A stretch of 64,000 nucleotides of DNA, from the NCBI GenBank assembly GCA_042216015.1, contig JBDGUI010000015.1, positions 30,613 to 94,612 of the forward strand, written 5' to 3'. This document shows, one piece after another, positions 1 to 10,067 of the stretch (position 1 is its first letter; each line of letters opens with the position of its first letter). The position numbers were made by a program, and so were the translations under genes. This stretch comes from Halodesulfurarchaeum sp. (GTDB taxonomy: Archaea; Halobacteriota; Halobacteria; Halobacteriales; Halobacteriaceae). The notes beneath the pieces are model-generated. The model was not told where the DNA came from. It saw nothing but the letters and a program-made list of their open reading frames with translations, and did not search any database.

Positions 1-1067
1 CGCTGGTCGATGAAGGGCCACAGGACGACCGCGCCGATCACGACCGTCGGGAATGCGATCCCGCCCCAGAACTCCGCGGAGAGTTCAATCCCAGCGACGT
101 GAATCGTCGTCCAGCCGGGCAGGACCTTGAGGAAGCCGTACACCCACATCAGGAACCAGTCAGGCATGACCACTCCCGGCGTGCTCGCCGGATCGTTTGG
201 TCCGTAGGCCACGATATTGTGGACCGGCAGGAATCCGGCGAGCAGGGAGAGCACTCCGACCGTGAGCAGGAAGACCACCGCCCCGACCGCCGCCTGATTC
301 GGGTAGGCGGGGAGTCCCAGGACGACCGAGTCGTCGTCCTCGGCCACGTCGGCGCCGGCCGCCTCGTCCGCGGTCCGCTCGCCCTCCGTGTGCTTCTGTC
401 GGACAAGGATGGCCATGTGCACGGCGAGTAGGGCCATGATCGCCAGTGGGATGAGCAACACGTGGAGGAAGAACAGGCGCGGGATCGTCCCGGAGGCGGG
501 GAATTCTCCCGCGAACACGAGTTTCGCGACGAAGTCACCCACCACCGGGATCGAGGTACTGAGGTTGTACCCGATCCCCGTCGCCGTCGCCCCGAACTCG
601 TCGAACGGGAGGGCGTATCCGGTGTAACTCGCACCCATCGCCAGCACCGCAAGGAGCACGCCCACGACCCAGTTGATCTCCCGTGGATTCCGGTACGCGG
701 CCGTGAAGTACACCCGGAACATGTGAAGGGCGAGCGAGGCGATGAACAGGTGAGCCGCCCAGTGGTGCAGCCGACGAATGAACATCCCGAACGGAATCCC
801 GTAGGTGATGTGCAGGACGCTCACGAACGCCGCCGGGAGTTTCTCGCCCTGGAACTGGTCGACGACGCCCTGGTAGACCACCTCCGTCGTGCTCGGTTCG
901 TAGAAGGTGCCGAGGTAGATCCCAGAGAGGACGATGGCGACGAAGGAGAACAGGGCCACCTCGCCGAGGAGGAACGAGTCTTCGGCCGGGAACGCCTTTC
1001 CCAGCAGGCCCCGCTCGTCCTCGAGGTGCAGACGCTCGCTCACCCAGGAACGAACGCTCACGGTCAC
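1..1067 (-). CDS. Cytochrome b of a Rieske/cytochrome b complex (fused b + subunit IV; NarC/QcrB-like), runs off the left edge
   Basis: Absent from the ORF track (no stop in window). Manual translation from GTG 1067, which overlaps the Rieske stop, gives [17 protein letters not shown]...[15 protein letters not shown]...[19 protein letters not shown] and a Qo-site motif PDWF. Confidence 0.9.
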   Translation of the reverse strand, partial: MTVSVRSWVSERLHLEDERGLLGKAFPAEDSFLLGEVALFSFVAIVLSGIYLGTFYEPSTTEVVYQGVVDQFQGEKLPAAFVSVLHITYGIPFGMFIRRLHHWAAHLFIASLALHMFRVYFTAAYRNPREINWVVGVLLAVLAMGASYTGYALPFDEFGATATGIGYNLSTSIPVVGDFVAKLVFAGEFPASGTIPRLFFLHVLLIPLAIMALLAVHMAILVRQKHTEGERTADEAAGADVAEDDDSVVLGLPAYPNQAAVGAVVFLLTVGVLSLLAGFLPVHNIVAYGPNDPASTPGVVMPDWFLMWVYGFLKVLPGWTTIHVAGIELSAEFWGGIAFPTVVIGAVVLWPFIDQ

Positions 1068-1651
1068 CCACCCCCCGGACCGATCGGTCCCTCGAAATTG
1101 CCCGTTGCCATGAGAAACCCGTCACTGGAGAGCGTGATCGGCAGCTGGGGCAGCGGGCGCGGGGCCGGTCCATCGATCACCCTCGCCCCGTTGGTCGGGT
1201 CGTACTTCGCGAAGTGGCAGGGACAGACCAGCGTGCCGTCCTCCTCGGCCTCCGCGACCATGCATCCCGCATGGGTGCACACCTTCGAGTACGCCGCATA
1301 CCCCGCGATGGTGAACGCCAGGTTCGTCGGCTCCGCGTAGGCCGATTCCTCGCGTCTGACGAGCAGCGTCGGCGCATCGGAGACCCCGGGGTGGCTCTCG
1401 GGAAACACGGTCATCCTGGATCCCACCTCCAGTGCGTCGGCCCTGAGCCGATCCCCGTTCTCGTCGACGAGATAGGTGCCCTCGGAGTAAATCTTGCCCG
1501 TGAACTCCCGGGAGAGCACATCAGTCATTCCCGTGGCTGGCACCGAGAGCGCGAGCGCGGTCGAGACACCCCCGAGACCCAGTGCGGCCTTTGCCACGTC
1601 ACGTCGCTGCCACTTGCCGATCGTTTCGTCGGTGTCAGATTCCTTAGCCAT
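1064..1651 (-). CDS. Rieske [2Fe-2S] protein with Tat-like anchor (NarB/QcrA-like)
   Basis: CTHAGC and CPCH Rieske boxes, GPAPRPLP, N-terminal QRRDVAK followed by a hydrophobic helix; start taken at ATG 1651. Confidence 0.92.
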   Translation of the reverse strand: MAKESDTDETIGKWQRRDVAKAALGLGGVSTALALSVPATGMTDVLSREFTGKIYSEGTYLVDENGDRLRADALEVGSRMTVFPESHPGVSDAPTLLVRREESAYAEPTNLAFTIAGYAAYSKVCTHAGCMVAEAEEDGTLVCPCHFAKYDPTNGARVIDGPAPRPLPQLPITLSSDGFLMATGNFEGPIGPGGG

Positions 1652-2213
1652 GATGTCGCTCCTCCGCCACGATGACGTGTGGCACGAACCAGGCCGAATA
1701 GGCGGCGACCCCACCCGCGAGTGTCAGAAACATGCCGGTTACGTAGAGCCCGATGTACTGCGTGCGTGCCAGCGTGGAGAACTCGAGGATCGCGAGTGCG
1801 GCGAAGGCAACCGTCGCCGCGATCGATGCCACGACGACCCAGAGCCCCTCCTTGCTCTCCACGGCCCCCACGAATTCGGCAAGAGAGCGGGAGTCGGTCT
1901 GAAACCAGGGTCGAACTCCGTCCCCCGTGACCTCGCTTCCGGGCTCCGTCGTCCCTGGGCCATGCATGAATCGATGGAATCCCGCGAGCAGGACCGTGAG
2001 CAATCCGAGCGCGATCCAGATAACGACCCCCACCTGTGCCGGGGTGAACTCGTCGGGCGTGTCGATGATCGATTGCAGGGGACGCATGTCGGTTTTGCTC
2101 GTGTCGATCTCGACTTCGCCCGCCGCCTCACCGGTCGGCTGGAGGGCGGCAAACCACGTGGGGGCCAGGACGGCGAGGACCACGAGGGCGATTGCGATTG
2201 TCCGTGTATTCAT
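1644..2213 (-). CDS. Membrane protein, first gene of the Rieske/cyt b operon
   Basis: 189 aa with about 4 hydrophobic segments; overlaps the Rieske start by 8 nt. Confidence 0.75.
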   Translation of the reverse strand: MNTRTIAIALVVLAVLAPTWFAALQPTGEAAGEVEIDTSKTDMRPLQSIIDTPDEFTPAQVGVVIWIALGLLTVLLAGFHRFMHGPGTTEPGSEVTGDGVRPWFQTDSRSLAEFVGAVESKEGLWVVVASIAATVAFAALAILEFSTLARTQYIGLYVTGMFLTLAGGVAAYSAWFVPHVIVAEERHHG

Positions 2214-2602
2214 GGCTCAACGATCACTCGTTGGCACCCGCTTCGGCCGATTCGGGGCCCGATCACCCTGAGAGACGGGCCGATGGGCGAGGTGCGGATC
2301 GATAATTGGTCGGCGCTGTCCATAGAAGAATTACGACGGACATTGGGATATGATTGATTCTTTAATATAAAGGGGGTTTTTGAGTGGGAAAACACCAATA
2401 TCCAGGCTACAATGTCCCGAAAAACCGATTCTTGACAACGAATTCGTATTGTAATCTATATGTTATATTTGCAGAAACCAACGACTGGAATTCCCCCCCC
2501 CCGTTGTCTGCCATCGCCTCGATAGGAGTGGTATTCACCGTTCGGTCAATCACTCACCCGAGCTGTCACATCACACCCGTCGTTCACATTCCCGGGGCAC
2601 AC

Positions 2603-2836
2603 TCAGATCTTTGGGATGGTGGCGTGGAACTCGTTTGGTCCCCGCTTTTCAACTGTATACCCGTCGGCGTCGAAGGCATCGACCTCGGCGTCTAGCTGGT
2701 AGTATAGCGGCCGTGGATCGTGATCGTTGATCAGGTGCAGCGTTTCGCCCGACTCGAGATCGTCGAATTCGTCCATGACCTTCGGGTGCCGCTTTGCCGG
2801 TGGCAGATCGCGAAGGTCCAGTGTCACGGCCGCCAT
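2603..2836 (-). CDS. DUF2249 domain protein
   Basis: LDLRDLPPAKRHPKVMDEFDDL..GETLHLINDHDPRPLYYQL matches the DUF2249 NDHDPxPL signature; start trimmed to ATG 2836. Confidence 0.85.
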   Translation of the reverse strand: MAAVTLDLRDLPPAKRHPKVMDEFDDLESGETLHLINDHDPRPLYYQLDAEVDAFDADGYTVEKRGPNEFHATIPKI

Positions 2837-3199
2837 ACGCAATGGCAGGGCCGAACCCCCGATGGCCATTGCCCCGAACGTATTCGGTTCCATCCCGGCC
2901 GAGGCGAGATCGGCCCCGACACGCCGGTGAATCCGGGCGGGTTCGACGTCCACCTTTACACCTGAGCAGCTGGTCGATCGACGGGCATTGGGTTCAGTCA
3001 TCGCGTGTCCTGGCGCCTCGAAACGTGTGATCTCGGAATCGATTCGGAACACGCCGGACCACGGCGCCCCCTCAACCCTGCAACCGCCTCGAGAGATGTC
3101 CCGGGCCTACCGTCGATCGATTCGACAAATCAGTAACCCGACCGAGCCCCAATGGGTGATTCCCGATGGACCGGAATCAGTGATCTTCGATGGGCGGGA

Positions 3200-3622
3200 T
3201 CAATGGACCACCACGACCGGGATCTCCGAGCGCCTGACGACCTTCTCCGCGACGCTCCCGAACATGATCCGACCCACGCCCGAAATCCCCCGGCTGCCGA
3301 TGACGATCTCGTCGACGTCGTTTCGCTGGGCGTAGGCGAGGATTTCGTCGACCGGATCGCCGGTCTCGAGGGCGGTCTCGATGATCCCGCCCATCTCGGC
3401 GGCCTTCGATTCGACGTCATCGAGGAGGTCCTCGGCCTCCTCCGTCTGGTGTTCTACCTGCGGAAGGGATTCCGGATCGCTCGCGGACGCGGCGAAATAC
3501 CCCGTCGGCACCTCGACCACGTGCAACGCGGTGATGTCCTCTTCGGGGAAGTGGTCGATCGCGTAGCGCAATGCCTCCTCCGCGTGGGTCGAGCCGTCGA
3601 CCGGGACGAGTATTTCACCCAT
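3200..3622 (-). CDS. Universal stress protein (UspA family)
   Basis: ILVPVDGS...GSRG..G...GSVAEKVVRRSEIPVVVV. Confidence 0.93.
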   Translation of the reverse strand: MGEILVPVDGSTHAEEALRYAIDHFPEEDITALHVVEVPTGYFAASASDPESLPQVEHQTEEAEDLLDDVESKAAEMGGIIETALETGDPVDEILAYAQRNDVDEIVIGSRGISGVGRIMFGSVAEKVVRRSEIPVVVVH

Positions 3623-4031
3623 GATTCATTGTAGGGCCGACTCCAGTATTAAGGTACCCTCGATACTGGCCGGGTGCCATCCGGTGCTCCGGAAAATCCG
3701 GTCGGTCCCGGGTAAACGAAGCCACCACCGCCGAGTGTTACCCGGAGACGACGGTCCCAGATGCATATCGAAAGGGAAGGTGGTCGATCCGTGGCAAATC
3801 GGTTTGAACCGAGACTCGTCTCTGCAAGCGGCCTGTGCGTTCTGTCGAATACACCCGAGGCCAATTCTCGGCAGGGAACACCGGGAGTACCAGTTGGTTA
3901 AGAGTCCAATTCGAAGGTAACGAAGACGAGTGAGCTGTCTTCCCAATACTGCACACGACAGGGAGAAACGACGGCTCGGCCGGTGTGAGACGTTCGAATA
4001 GGCCTGCTACAGCCCAACTCGATCCCCCAAC

Positions 4032-4439
4032 ATGACGTACACAGTCACCACGACCGTCGACGCACCGTTCGAAGACGTTCTCGACGCAGTCACGACCGCC
4101 CTCGACGCGGAGGGATTCGGCATCCTCTCGGATGTCGACGTCCAGTCCACCTTCCGGGAGAAATTGGACGTCGAGATGGACCGGTACCGGATTCTCGGGG
4201 CCTGTAATCCCCCGCTTGCGAACGAGGGCATCGCCGCCGAATCCGACCTGGGTGCGCTGTTGCCGTGTAACGTCGCGATCTACGAGGCCTCGGCCGGGGA
4301 CGTCGTCGTGAGCGCGGTCGACCCCGAGGCGCTGCTCGACCTGCCCGACAATCCCGCCCTCGACCGAATCGGATCGACGGTGAAAGAGCGATTGGATCGG
4401 GTGATCGACGAGGTCGAGACCCGATTCGACCCGGCCTGA
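4032..4439 (+). CDS. DUF302 domain protein
   Basis: EGFGILSDVDV...YRILGACNP...GALLPCNV signature. Confidence 0.9.
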   Translation: MTYTVTTTVDAPFEDVLDAVTTALDAEGFGILSDVDVQSTFREKLDVEMDRYRILGACNPPLANEGIAAESDLGALLPCNVAIYEASAGDVVVSAVDPEALLDLPDNPALDRIGSTVKERLDRVIDEVETRFDPA

Positions 4440-4499
4440 GGAGAAGCATCCGGAATGCCGTGTGCCTTATCCATCCCCTGCCCCTAACTCGGGTGAGGA

Positions 4500-4679
4500 A
4501 TGGGCATCTTCAACCGGATCGGCCGAACGGTCGAGACGTTCAAACAGCGGGCCGAGACGGCGGCCGAAGAGGCCGCGGCGTACCAGTGTAGGGCCTGTGG
4601 ATCGCGTTTTCACGTCGATCACGAGACCTGTCCCGACTGTGGAGCCGACGCCGTCGAATTGATCTCGGACGAGGAGTGA
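4500..4679 (+). CDS. Small CPxCG-type zinc-ribbon protein (59 aa)
   Basis: Below the ORF-track cutoff. Translates to MGIFNRIGRTVETFKQRAETAAEEAAAYQCRACGSRFHVDHETCPDCGADAVELISDEE, with two CxxCG knuckles. Confidence 0.8.
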   Translation: MGIFNRIGRTVETFKQRAETAAEEAAAYQCRACGSRFHVDHETCPDCGADAVELISDEE

Positions 4680-4711
4680 CAGCACCCGGGGCCGATGAGA
4701 GTCTTCGACGA

Positions 4712-4909
4712 TCAGGCGGCGAATTCGTACCCAGCGCCCTCGACGGCCTCTTTGAGTGCCGCCCGTTCGGTCTCCCCCTCGATCACGACCGAATCGGCCG
4801 ACCGATCTGCCGTCGCCGACGAGATTCCCTCGAGCGCTTCGAGCGCGTCTTCGACCTTCTGTTCGCAGTGCCCACAGGTCATACCCAGGACCGATATCGT
4901 CCGTGTCAT
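4712..4909 (-). CDS. copZ: Copper chaperone (HMA domain)
   Basis: GMTCGHC motif, 65 aa, divergent from copA. Confidence 0.9.
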   Translation of the reverse strand: MTRTISVLGMTCGHCEQKVEDALEALEGISSATADRSADSVVIEGETERAALKEAVEGAGYEFAA

Positions 4910-5270
4910 TGCATGCTAACCGAGGGGGTCCTGATTGGAGGGATTTGTCGTTCAGAATCCGGGGCGAGAGCCCGATCGAAGAATCGAATGTAAAGTCCGC
5001 ACGTGCCGGCGAAAAACGCCCCAGAGAGGTCTGTCGGGGGAGCCCGAGACGCCCGCTCGGGCATTTCGAGGCGATCGACCCGGCTATTCCCGGCCACGAG
5101 TGACGCGTGAGGACTGACGATAATATCGTCGGGGCGTGGAGCTTCGAATGGGTCGGACGAACCAGCATTCCCCGGCCGTTTCGCTTTGGTATCGAAGGTC
5201 TCGTCCGTCAAAACCCGAAGGACCGAAGCAACAAACGGCCTAAGGATCGGACCCCTTCTCATACCCACCA

Positions 5271-7880
5271 ATGGAACCCAGGACTGCTCACCTCAATATC
5301 ACCGGGATGTCCTGTGCGAACTGCTCGGCATCCATCGAGGACGCCGTCGCATCACTCGAGGGAGTCAGCGACGTAAATGCAAATTACGCCACCGACGAGG
5401 GATCCGTCGAATACGATCCCGAGGCGGTGTCGCTCTCGGAGATCTTCGAGGCGATCGAGGACGCCGGGTACGGGGCCGTCACGGAGACCAGGTCGATCGC
5501 CATCACCGATATGACCTGTGCGAACTGTGCGGAAGCGAACGCGACCGCGCTGGAGGAGACCCCCGGCGTCATCCAGGCGGACGTCAACTACGCGACCGAC
5601 GAGGCACAGGTCACCTACAACCCCGAGGACGTCTCGCTCGAATCCCTCTATGACGCAATCGAGGGTGCCGGATATTCCCCGGTGCGCGAGAGGGAGGGGG
5701 AGAACTCGGACTCCGAAGAGAGTGCCCGCGACCTCGCCCGCCAGGCCGAGATCCGCAAGCAGCGCCGGTTGATACTGTTCGGAGCCGCGCTTACGGCGCC
5801 GCTGCTCTTCTTCCTCGCCGATCGGTTCCTCTTCGGCGGTGCAATCGTTCCGGAAACGGTCTTCGGGATCGAACTCGGCTGGATCGAGTTCCTGCTCGCC
5901 ACGCCGGTTCAGGCCGTCCTCGGCTGGCCCTTCTATAAGAACTCCTACAGCGCGCTCGTCACCAACGGCCGGGCCAACATGGATGTCCTCATCGCGCTTG
6001 GCTCCTCGACGGCCTATCTCTATTCCATCGCCGTGCTGGGGGGGCTCATCGCCGGTGGCCTGTACTTCGACACGGCCGCACTGATCCTCGTCTTCATCAC
6101 GCTGGGCAACTACCTGGAGGCGCGCTCGAAGGGGCAGGCCAGCGACGCACTCCGGAAACTCCTGGAGATGGAGGCCGAGACGGCCACCGCCATCGGACCG
6201 GACGGATCCGAATCGACCGTTCCGCTCGAGGAGGTCACGGAGGGAGACCTGCTCAAAGTCCGGCCGGGGGAGAAAATCCCGACGGATGGGATTGTGGTGA
6301 GCGGCCAGTCCGCCGTCGACGAGTCGATGGTGACCGGCGAATCCGTGCCCGTCGAGAAGCAAGAGGGTGACGAGGTTGTCGGCTCGACGATCAACGAGAA
6401 CGGTGTCCTCACCGTCAAGGCGACGAAGGTCGGCGAGGAGACCGCACTCAAGCAGATCGTCAAGACGGTCAAGGAGGCCCAGTCCCGCCAGCCCGACATC
6501 CAGAACCTCGCAGACCGCATCTCCGCGTACTTCGTCCCGGCCGTCATCGGAAACGCCGTTTTCTGGGGCACGGTCTGGTTCCTGTTCCCCGAGACGCTTG
6601 CCGGCTTCGTCGACTGGCTGCCGCTCTGGGGCCAGGTCGCCGGGGGACCGGCCGTGGTTGGCGGTGGGGTGTCGGTCTTCGAGTTCGCCGTGATCGTCTT
6701 TGCCTCCGCCGTCCTGATCGCCTGCCCCTGCGCGCTCGGACTCGCGACCCCCGCGGCGACCATGGTGGGGACGACCATCGGGGCACGAAACGGGGTCCTG
6801 TTCAAGGGAGGTGACGTCCTCGAGCGCGCAAAGGACGTCGACACGGTCGTCTTCGACAAGACGGGGACACTCACCGAGGGGGAGATGGAGTTGACCGACG
6901 TGATCGCGTTCGACGAAACCGGTACCGCCATTGCCGATGGCGGAAACCTCGCTGCAGCGGAGGGATCAGTCCCCGACCAGGATCGATTCTCGGAGGACGA
7001 GGTGCTCGGGCTTGCAGCCGCTGCTGAGCAGGGCAGCGAACACCCCCTCGCTAGAGCGATCGTCGAGGGCGCGACGGATCGCGGGATCGAGATCGGCAAG
7101 GCGTCAGCGTTCGAGAACGTCCCGGGCCACGGCATCCGGGCGACGGTCGACGGTCGGGCGGTGCTCGTCGGCAACCGGAAGCTGCTCGAGGAGGAGGGCA
7201 TCGCCACGGACCCGGCAAGCGAGTTCATGGAGCGCCTCGAGCGGGAGGGGAAAACGGCGATGCTCGTGGCGGTCGATGGCTCGCTTGCGGGCATCGTCGC
7301 GGACGCGGACACGGTCAAGCCCCAGTCCAAGCGGGCCGTAACGGCCCTCCAGGACCGCGGCATCGACGTGATGATGATCACCGGGGACAACGAGCGCACC
7401 GCTCGTGCCGTCGCCGGGCAGGTCGGGATCGACCCGGAAAACGTCAGGGCGGAGGTGCTTCCCGAGGACAAGTCCGATGCGGTCGAACAGATCCAATCCG
7501 AGGGTCGGTCGGCCATGATGGTCGGCGACGGGGTCAACGACGCCCCGGCTCTGGCCGTGGCGGCGGTCGGGACGGCACTCGGATCGGGAACGGACGTGGC
7601 GATCGAGGCGGCCGACGTCACCCTGATGCGCGATGACCCCCTCGACGTCGTGAAGGCCATCCGGATCTCGGATGCAACCCTCAAGAAGATCAAGCAGAAC
7701 CTCGGCTGGGCGCTCGGATACAACACCGCGATGATTCCGCTTGCCTCACTGGGGCTCCTCCAACCCGCCCTGGCGGCCGGGGCGATGGCCTTCTCGAGCG
7801 TTTCGGTGCTGTCGAACAGCCTGCTGTTCCGGCGGTACACGCCCGACCACGACTACCGACTCCTCGATCGGTTTCGATAA
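5271..7880 (+). CDS. copA: Cu+-translocating P1B-type ATPase
   Basis: Two CANC HMA domains, TGES, CPC, DKTGT, SEHP, GDGVND, and the YN...M..SS Cu+ motif. Confidence 0.95.
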   Translation: MEPRTAHLNITGMSCANCSASIEDAVASLEGVSDVNANYATDEGSVEYDPEAVSLSEIFEAIEDAGYGAVTETRSIAITDMTCANCAEANATALEETPGVIQADVNYATDEAQVTYNPEDVSLESLYDAIEGAGYSPVREREGENSDSEESARDLARQAEIRKQRRLILFGAALTAPLLFFLADRFLFGGAIVPETVFGIELGWIEFLLATPVQAVLGWPFYKNSYSALVTNGRANMDVLIALGSSTAYLYSIAVLGGLIAGGLYFDTAALILVFITLGNYLEARSKGQASDALRKLLEMEAETATAIGPDGSESTVPLEEVTEGDLLKVRPGEKIPTDGIVVSGQSAVDESMVTGESVPVEKQEGDEVVGSTINENGVLTVKATKVGEETALKQIVKTVKEAQSRQPDIQNLADRISAYFVPAVIGNAVFWGTVWFLFPETLAGFVDWLPLWGQVAGGPAVVGGGVSVFEFAVIVFASAVLIACPCALGLATPAATMVGTTIGARNGVLFKGGDVLERAKDVDTVVFDKTGTLTEGEMELTDVIAFDETGTAIADGGNLAAAEGSVPDQDRFSEDEVLGLAAAAEQGSEHPLARAIVEGATDRGIEIGKASAFENVPGHGIRATVDGRAVLVGNRKLLEEEGIATDPASEFMERLEREGKTAMLVAVDGSLAGIVADADTVKPQSKRAVTALQDRGIDVMMITGDNERTARAVAGQVGIDPENVRAEVLPEDKSDAVEQIQSEGRSAMMVGDGVNDAPALAVAAVGTALGSGTDVAIEAADVTLMRDDPLDVVKAIRISDATLKKIKQNLGWALGYNTAMIPLASLGLLQPALAAGAMAFSSVSVLSNSLLFRRYTPDHDYRLLDRFR

Positions 7881-7889
7881 CCGAGGAGG

Positions 7890-8226
7890 TTACCTGCTCG
7901 CCCTCGAGTGCCCGTCCCGTTCGAGCGCGGGGACGACGGCCCGTTCGATCGCCGCGGCGTACTGCATGAGCGTCGTTCCGAGTACGCTCATCACCAGGAC
8001 GTACCCCACGCTGAACGCATAAATCGTCTCCCCGACGCTTTCGGCAACGGTCCCGCCCGCTCCGGAGAGCGCGAGTGTGGCAATGATCAGGGTGAATTCG
8101 CCCCGCGTCACCATTCCAAGCCCGACTCGGGTCGAACGGCGGACATCGAGGTCGTAGATCCGTCCCCCGAGATACCCGCTCACCAGTTTCGTCGGGGTGG
8201 TGAGGAGGACGGCCACGAAGATCATC
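7890..8226 (-). pseudogene. 3' fragment of a CPA2 (KefB/KhtU-like) cation:proton antiporter
   Basis: KLVSGYLGG...GLGMVTRGEFTLIIA...YVLVMSVLGTTLM is the C-terminal ~110 aa only; the upstream sequence is unrelated. Confidence 0.7.
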
Positions 8227-8376
8227 GATGAGGTCGAATACGTGGAATTGGCGACACTGAACCGGTTCAACGACGAGTTCATGGAGTCCATGTTTCTCCC
8301 ACACCGATATCCCGAGCGCTATCCGAGCGTGAAACGGCGGCTCGAAGAAACCAGGGAATCGCTCGAGGAGTTCTGA
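8221..8376 (+). pseudogene. 3' fragment resembling the C-terminus of an ASKHA/DUF4445 (RACo) corrinoid reductive activator
   Basis: Frame reads IIDEVEYVELATLNRFNDEFMESMFLPHRYPERYPSVKRRLEETRESLEEF*. The YxEL...F..EF...MFLPH pattern was recognised by eye. Confidence 0.5.
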
Positions 8377-8779
8377 GAACGAAGATTCGTCCCCGAGTCG
8401 GGGGATGGGAGTGGAGACACGGACAAAAAGCTGGTTCCGATCGAGGCGAGGTTAACGATCGAATATCGGAGGGCCGTGGGTCGAATCCTCACGACTCTCC
8501 CGCTGGTTCACGTCGGACAGGGTCGTCACGGATATGGGTCGTCGAGAGAAAGGTGTGATCAGCACAGGCCTTTGAACGAAACACCGAGGGAAAACCGCGA
8601 ATTTGTGAAGAGGAATTCGTTTCCCTGCCTCACAATCCGGGTTAGTTTGCTTTCAGAGGCCCATCAGCTTCGGTTGATCCCCACGTAAGGGTTTAGAGGC
8701 TGAGAAACGCCGATACGGCGGATAGCAGATCTAAACGGGAACCACATTAAATCTCCATCCGGTAGAGGTAGCTGGCATG

Positions 8780-8884
8780 AACGGCCAGGATCTGTTCGAA
8801 GAGATGGCTGACAGAAACGGCCAGGATCTGTTCGAAAGCTATCGTCCACGCGTGGGGGCAAGCTATCGTCCACGAGTAGGGGCA
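8780..8884 (+). repeat. Two adjacent direct-repeat pairs (21 bp x2, period 36; 24 bp x2 tandem)
   Basis: AACGGCCAGGATCTGTTCGAA at 8780 and 8816; AGCTATCGTCCACG(C/A)GT(G/A)GGGGCA at 8837 and 8861. Confidence 0.9.
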
Positions 8885-9080
8885 GATCCAGTTCCCGGGT
8901 GGCCCGGACTGGTCGATCCAGCGTGGGCCAGTCCCATTGCTCCGGTGGGCATCAACTCACGAACCGACGCCGACTCCCAGGACTGCTTTTCTCCACGGAC
9001 GCCCCGGACAGCCTGTCGCTGTCGGTGAACCGGTCCGGCCAGGCACCGCTTCGAAATGACGCCCAAAACCCACAGCTCCA

Positions 9081-10067
9081 ATGACATCACAGACGACGCG
9101 ATTCGATTCAGTGCTCGAAACGATCGGCCAAACACCACTCGTCGAGCTGGAGACCGGACCAGACGAGGGCGACGTGTTCGCAAAACTCGAGACGTTCAAT
9201 CCCGGGGGCAGCGTGAAGGACCGCATCGGAAAATACATCCTCGAACGACTGCTCGAAACTGGCGATCTCCCACCCGGTGGGACGATCGTCGAACCCACCG
9301 CCGGAAACACCGGAATCGGGATGGCGCTCGCGGCGAGTCAACTCGGCGTCGAGCCCGTCTTCGTCGTCCCGACCGGATTCAGCGAGGAGAAAGAGACGCT
9401 CATGGCCGCCCTCGGCGGCGAGATCGTTCACACCCCAGGTGATGACGGGATGCAGGGGGCGATCGATCGCGCCCACGAAATCGCCAGGGATCGTCCCAAC
9501 GCCGTCGTTCCGCAGCAATTTGCCTCGTCGTACAACGTCGAGGCCCACGCCGAGACGACGGGGCCCGAGATCATCGACGCACTCGACGGGGAGATCGGGG
9601 CCGTCGTGGCGGGGGTGGGGTCCGGGGGAACGCTCATGGGGGTGGCCCGGGCGCTCGAGGAGGCCGACATCGAGGCGGCGATCGTCGCCGTCGAACCGGA
9701 GGGATCGACCTTCGGCCAGCTTCTCGGCCGGGATCCCGAGGAGGCCCCGTACAAGACCGAGGGGATCGGCACCCACGAGCCGGAACTCGCCGAGCTCGTC
9801 GACCCGGATCGGCTCGACGAGATCGTCGCCGTTTCCGACCGGGCTGCCCACGAGGAGGTCACGCGGCTGGCCCGGGAGGAAGGACACCTCGTCGGTTCGA
9901 GTGCCGGTGCCGCGAGTGTCGCCGCAGCCGAGGTCGCCGCACGGCTCGAGTCCGGCGGGATCGACACCCCTGCCGATACGGTCGTCACGATCTTCCCCGA
10001 CAGTGGTGAGCGGTACCTCTCGAAGGGGCTGTATGACAGCTTCGAGAACTGGGAGGGAAAGGCATGA
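9081..10067 (+). CDS. PLP-dependent cysteine synthase family protein (CBS/MccA-like)
   Basis: KLETFNPGGSVKDR, EPTAGNTG, GSGGT, YKTEGIG, FPDSGERYLS. Confidence 0.9.
   Translation: MTSQTTRFDSVLETIGQTPLVELETGPDEGDVFAKLETFNPGGSVKDRIGKYILERLLETGDLPPGGTIVEPTAGNTGIGMALAASQLGVEPVFVVPTGFSEEKETLMAALGGEIVHTPGDDGMQGAIDRAHEIARDRPNAVVPQQFASSYNVEAHAETTGPEIIDALDGEIGAVVAGVGSGGTLMGVARALEEADIEAAIVAVEPEGSTFGQLLGRDPEEAPYKTEGIGTHEPELAELVDPDRLDEIVAVSDRAAHEEVTRLAREEGHLVGSSAGAASVAAAEVAARLESGGIDTPADTVVTIFPDSGERYLSKGLYDSFENWEGKA

Noticed and set aside
2493..2502. C10 homopolymer as a phase-variation switch
   Set aside because: Intergenic and far from an evident core promoter; no evidence of length variation without reads.
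6110..7840. Long antisense ORFs (e.g. 6110-7840, 19045-20724, 39305-41209, 52647-54299)
   Set aside because: Shadow frames of well-supported genes on the opposite strand, expected from high-GC codon bias; no recognisable motifs.
8780..8884. Possible mini-CRISPR array
   Set aside because: Only two copies per unit, spacers of 15 or 0 nt, and no cas genes.
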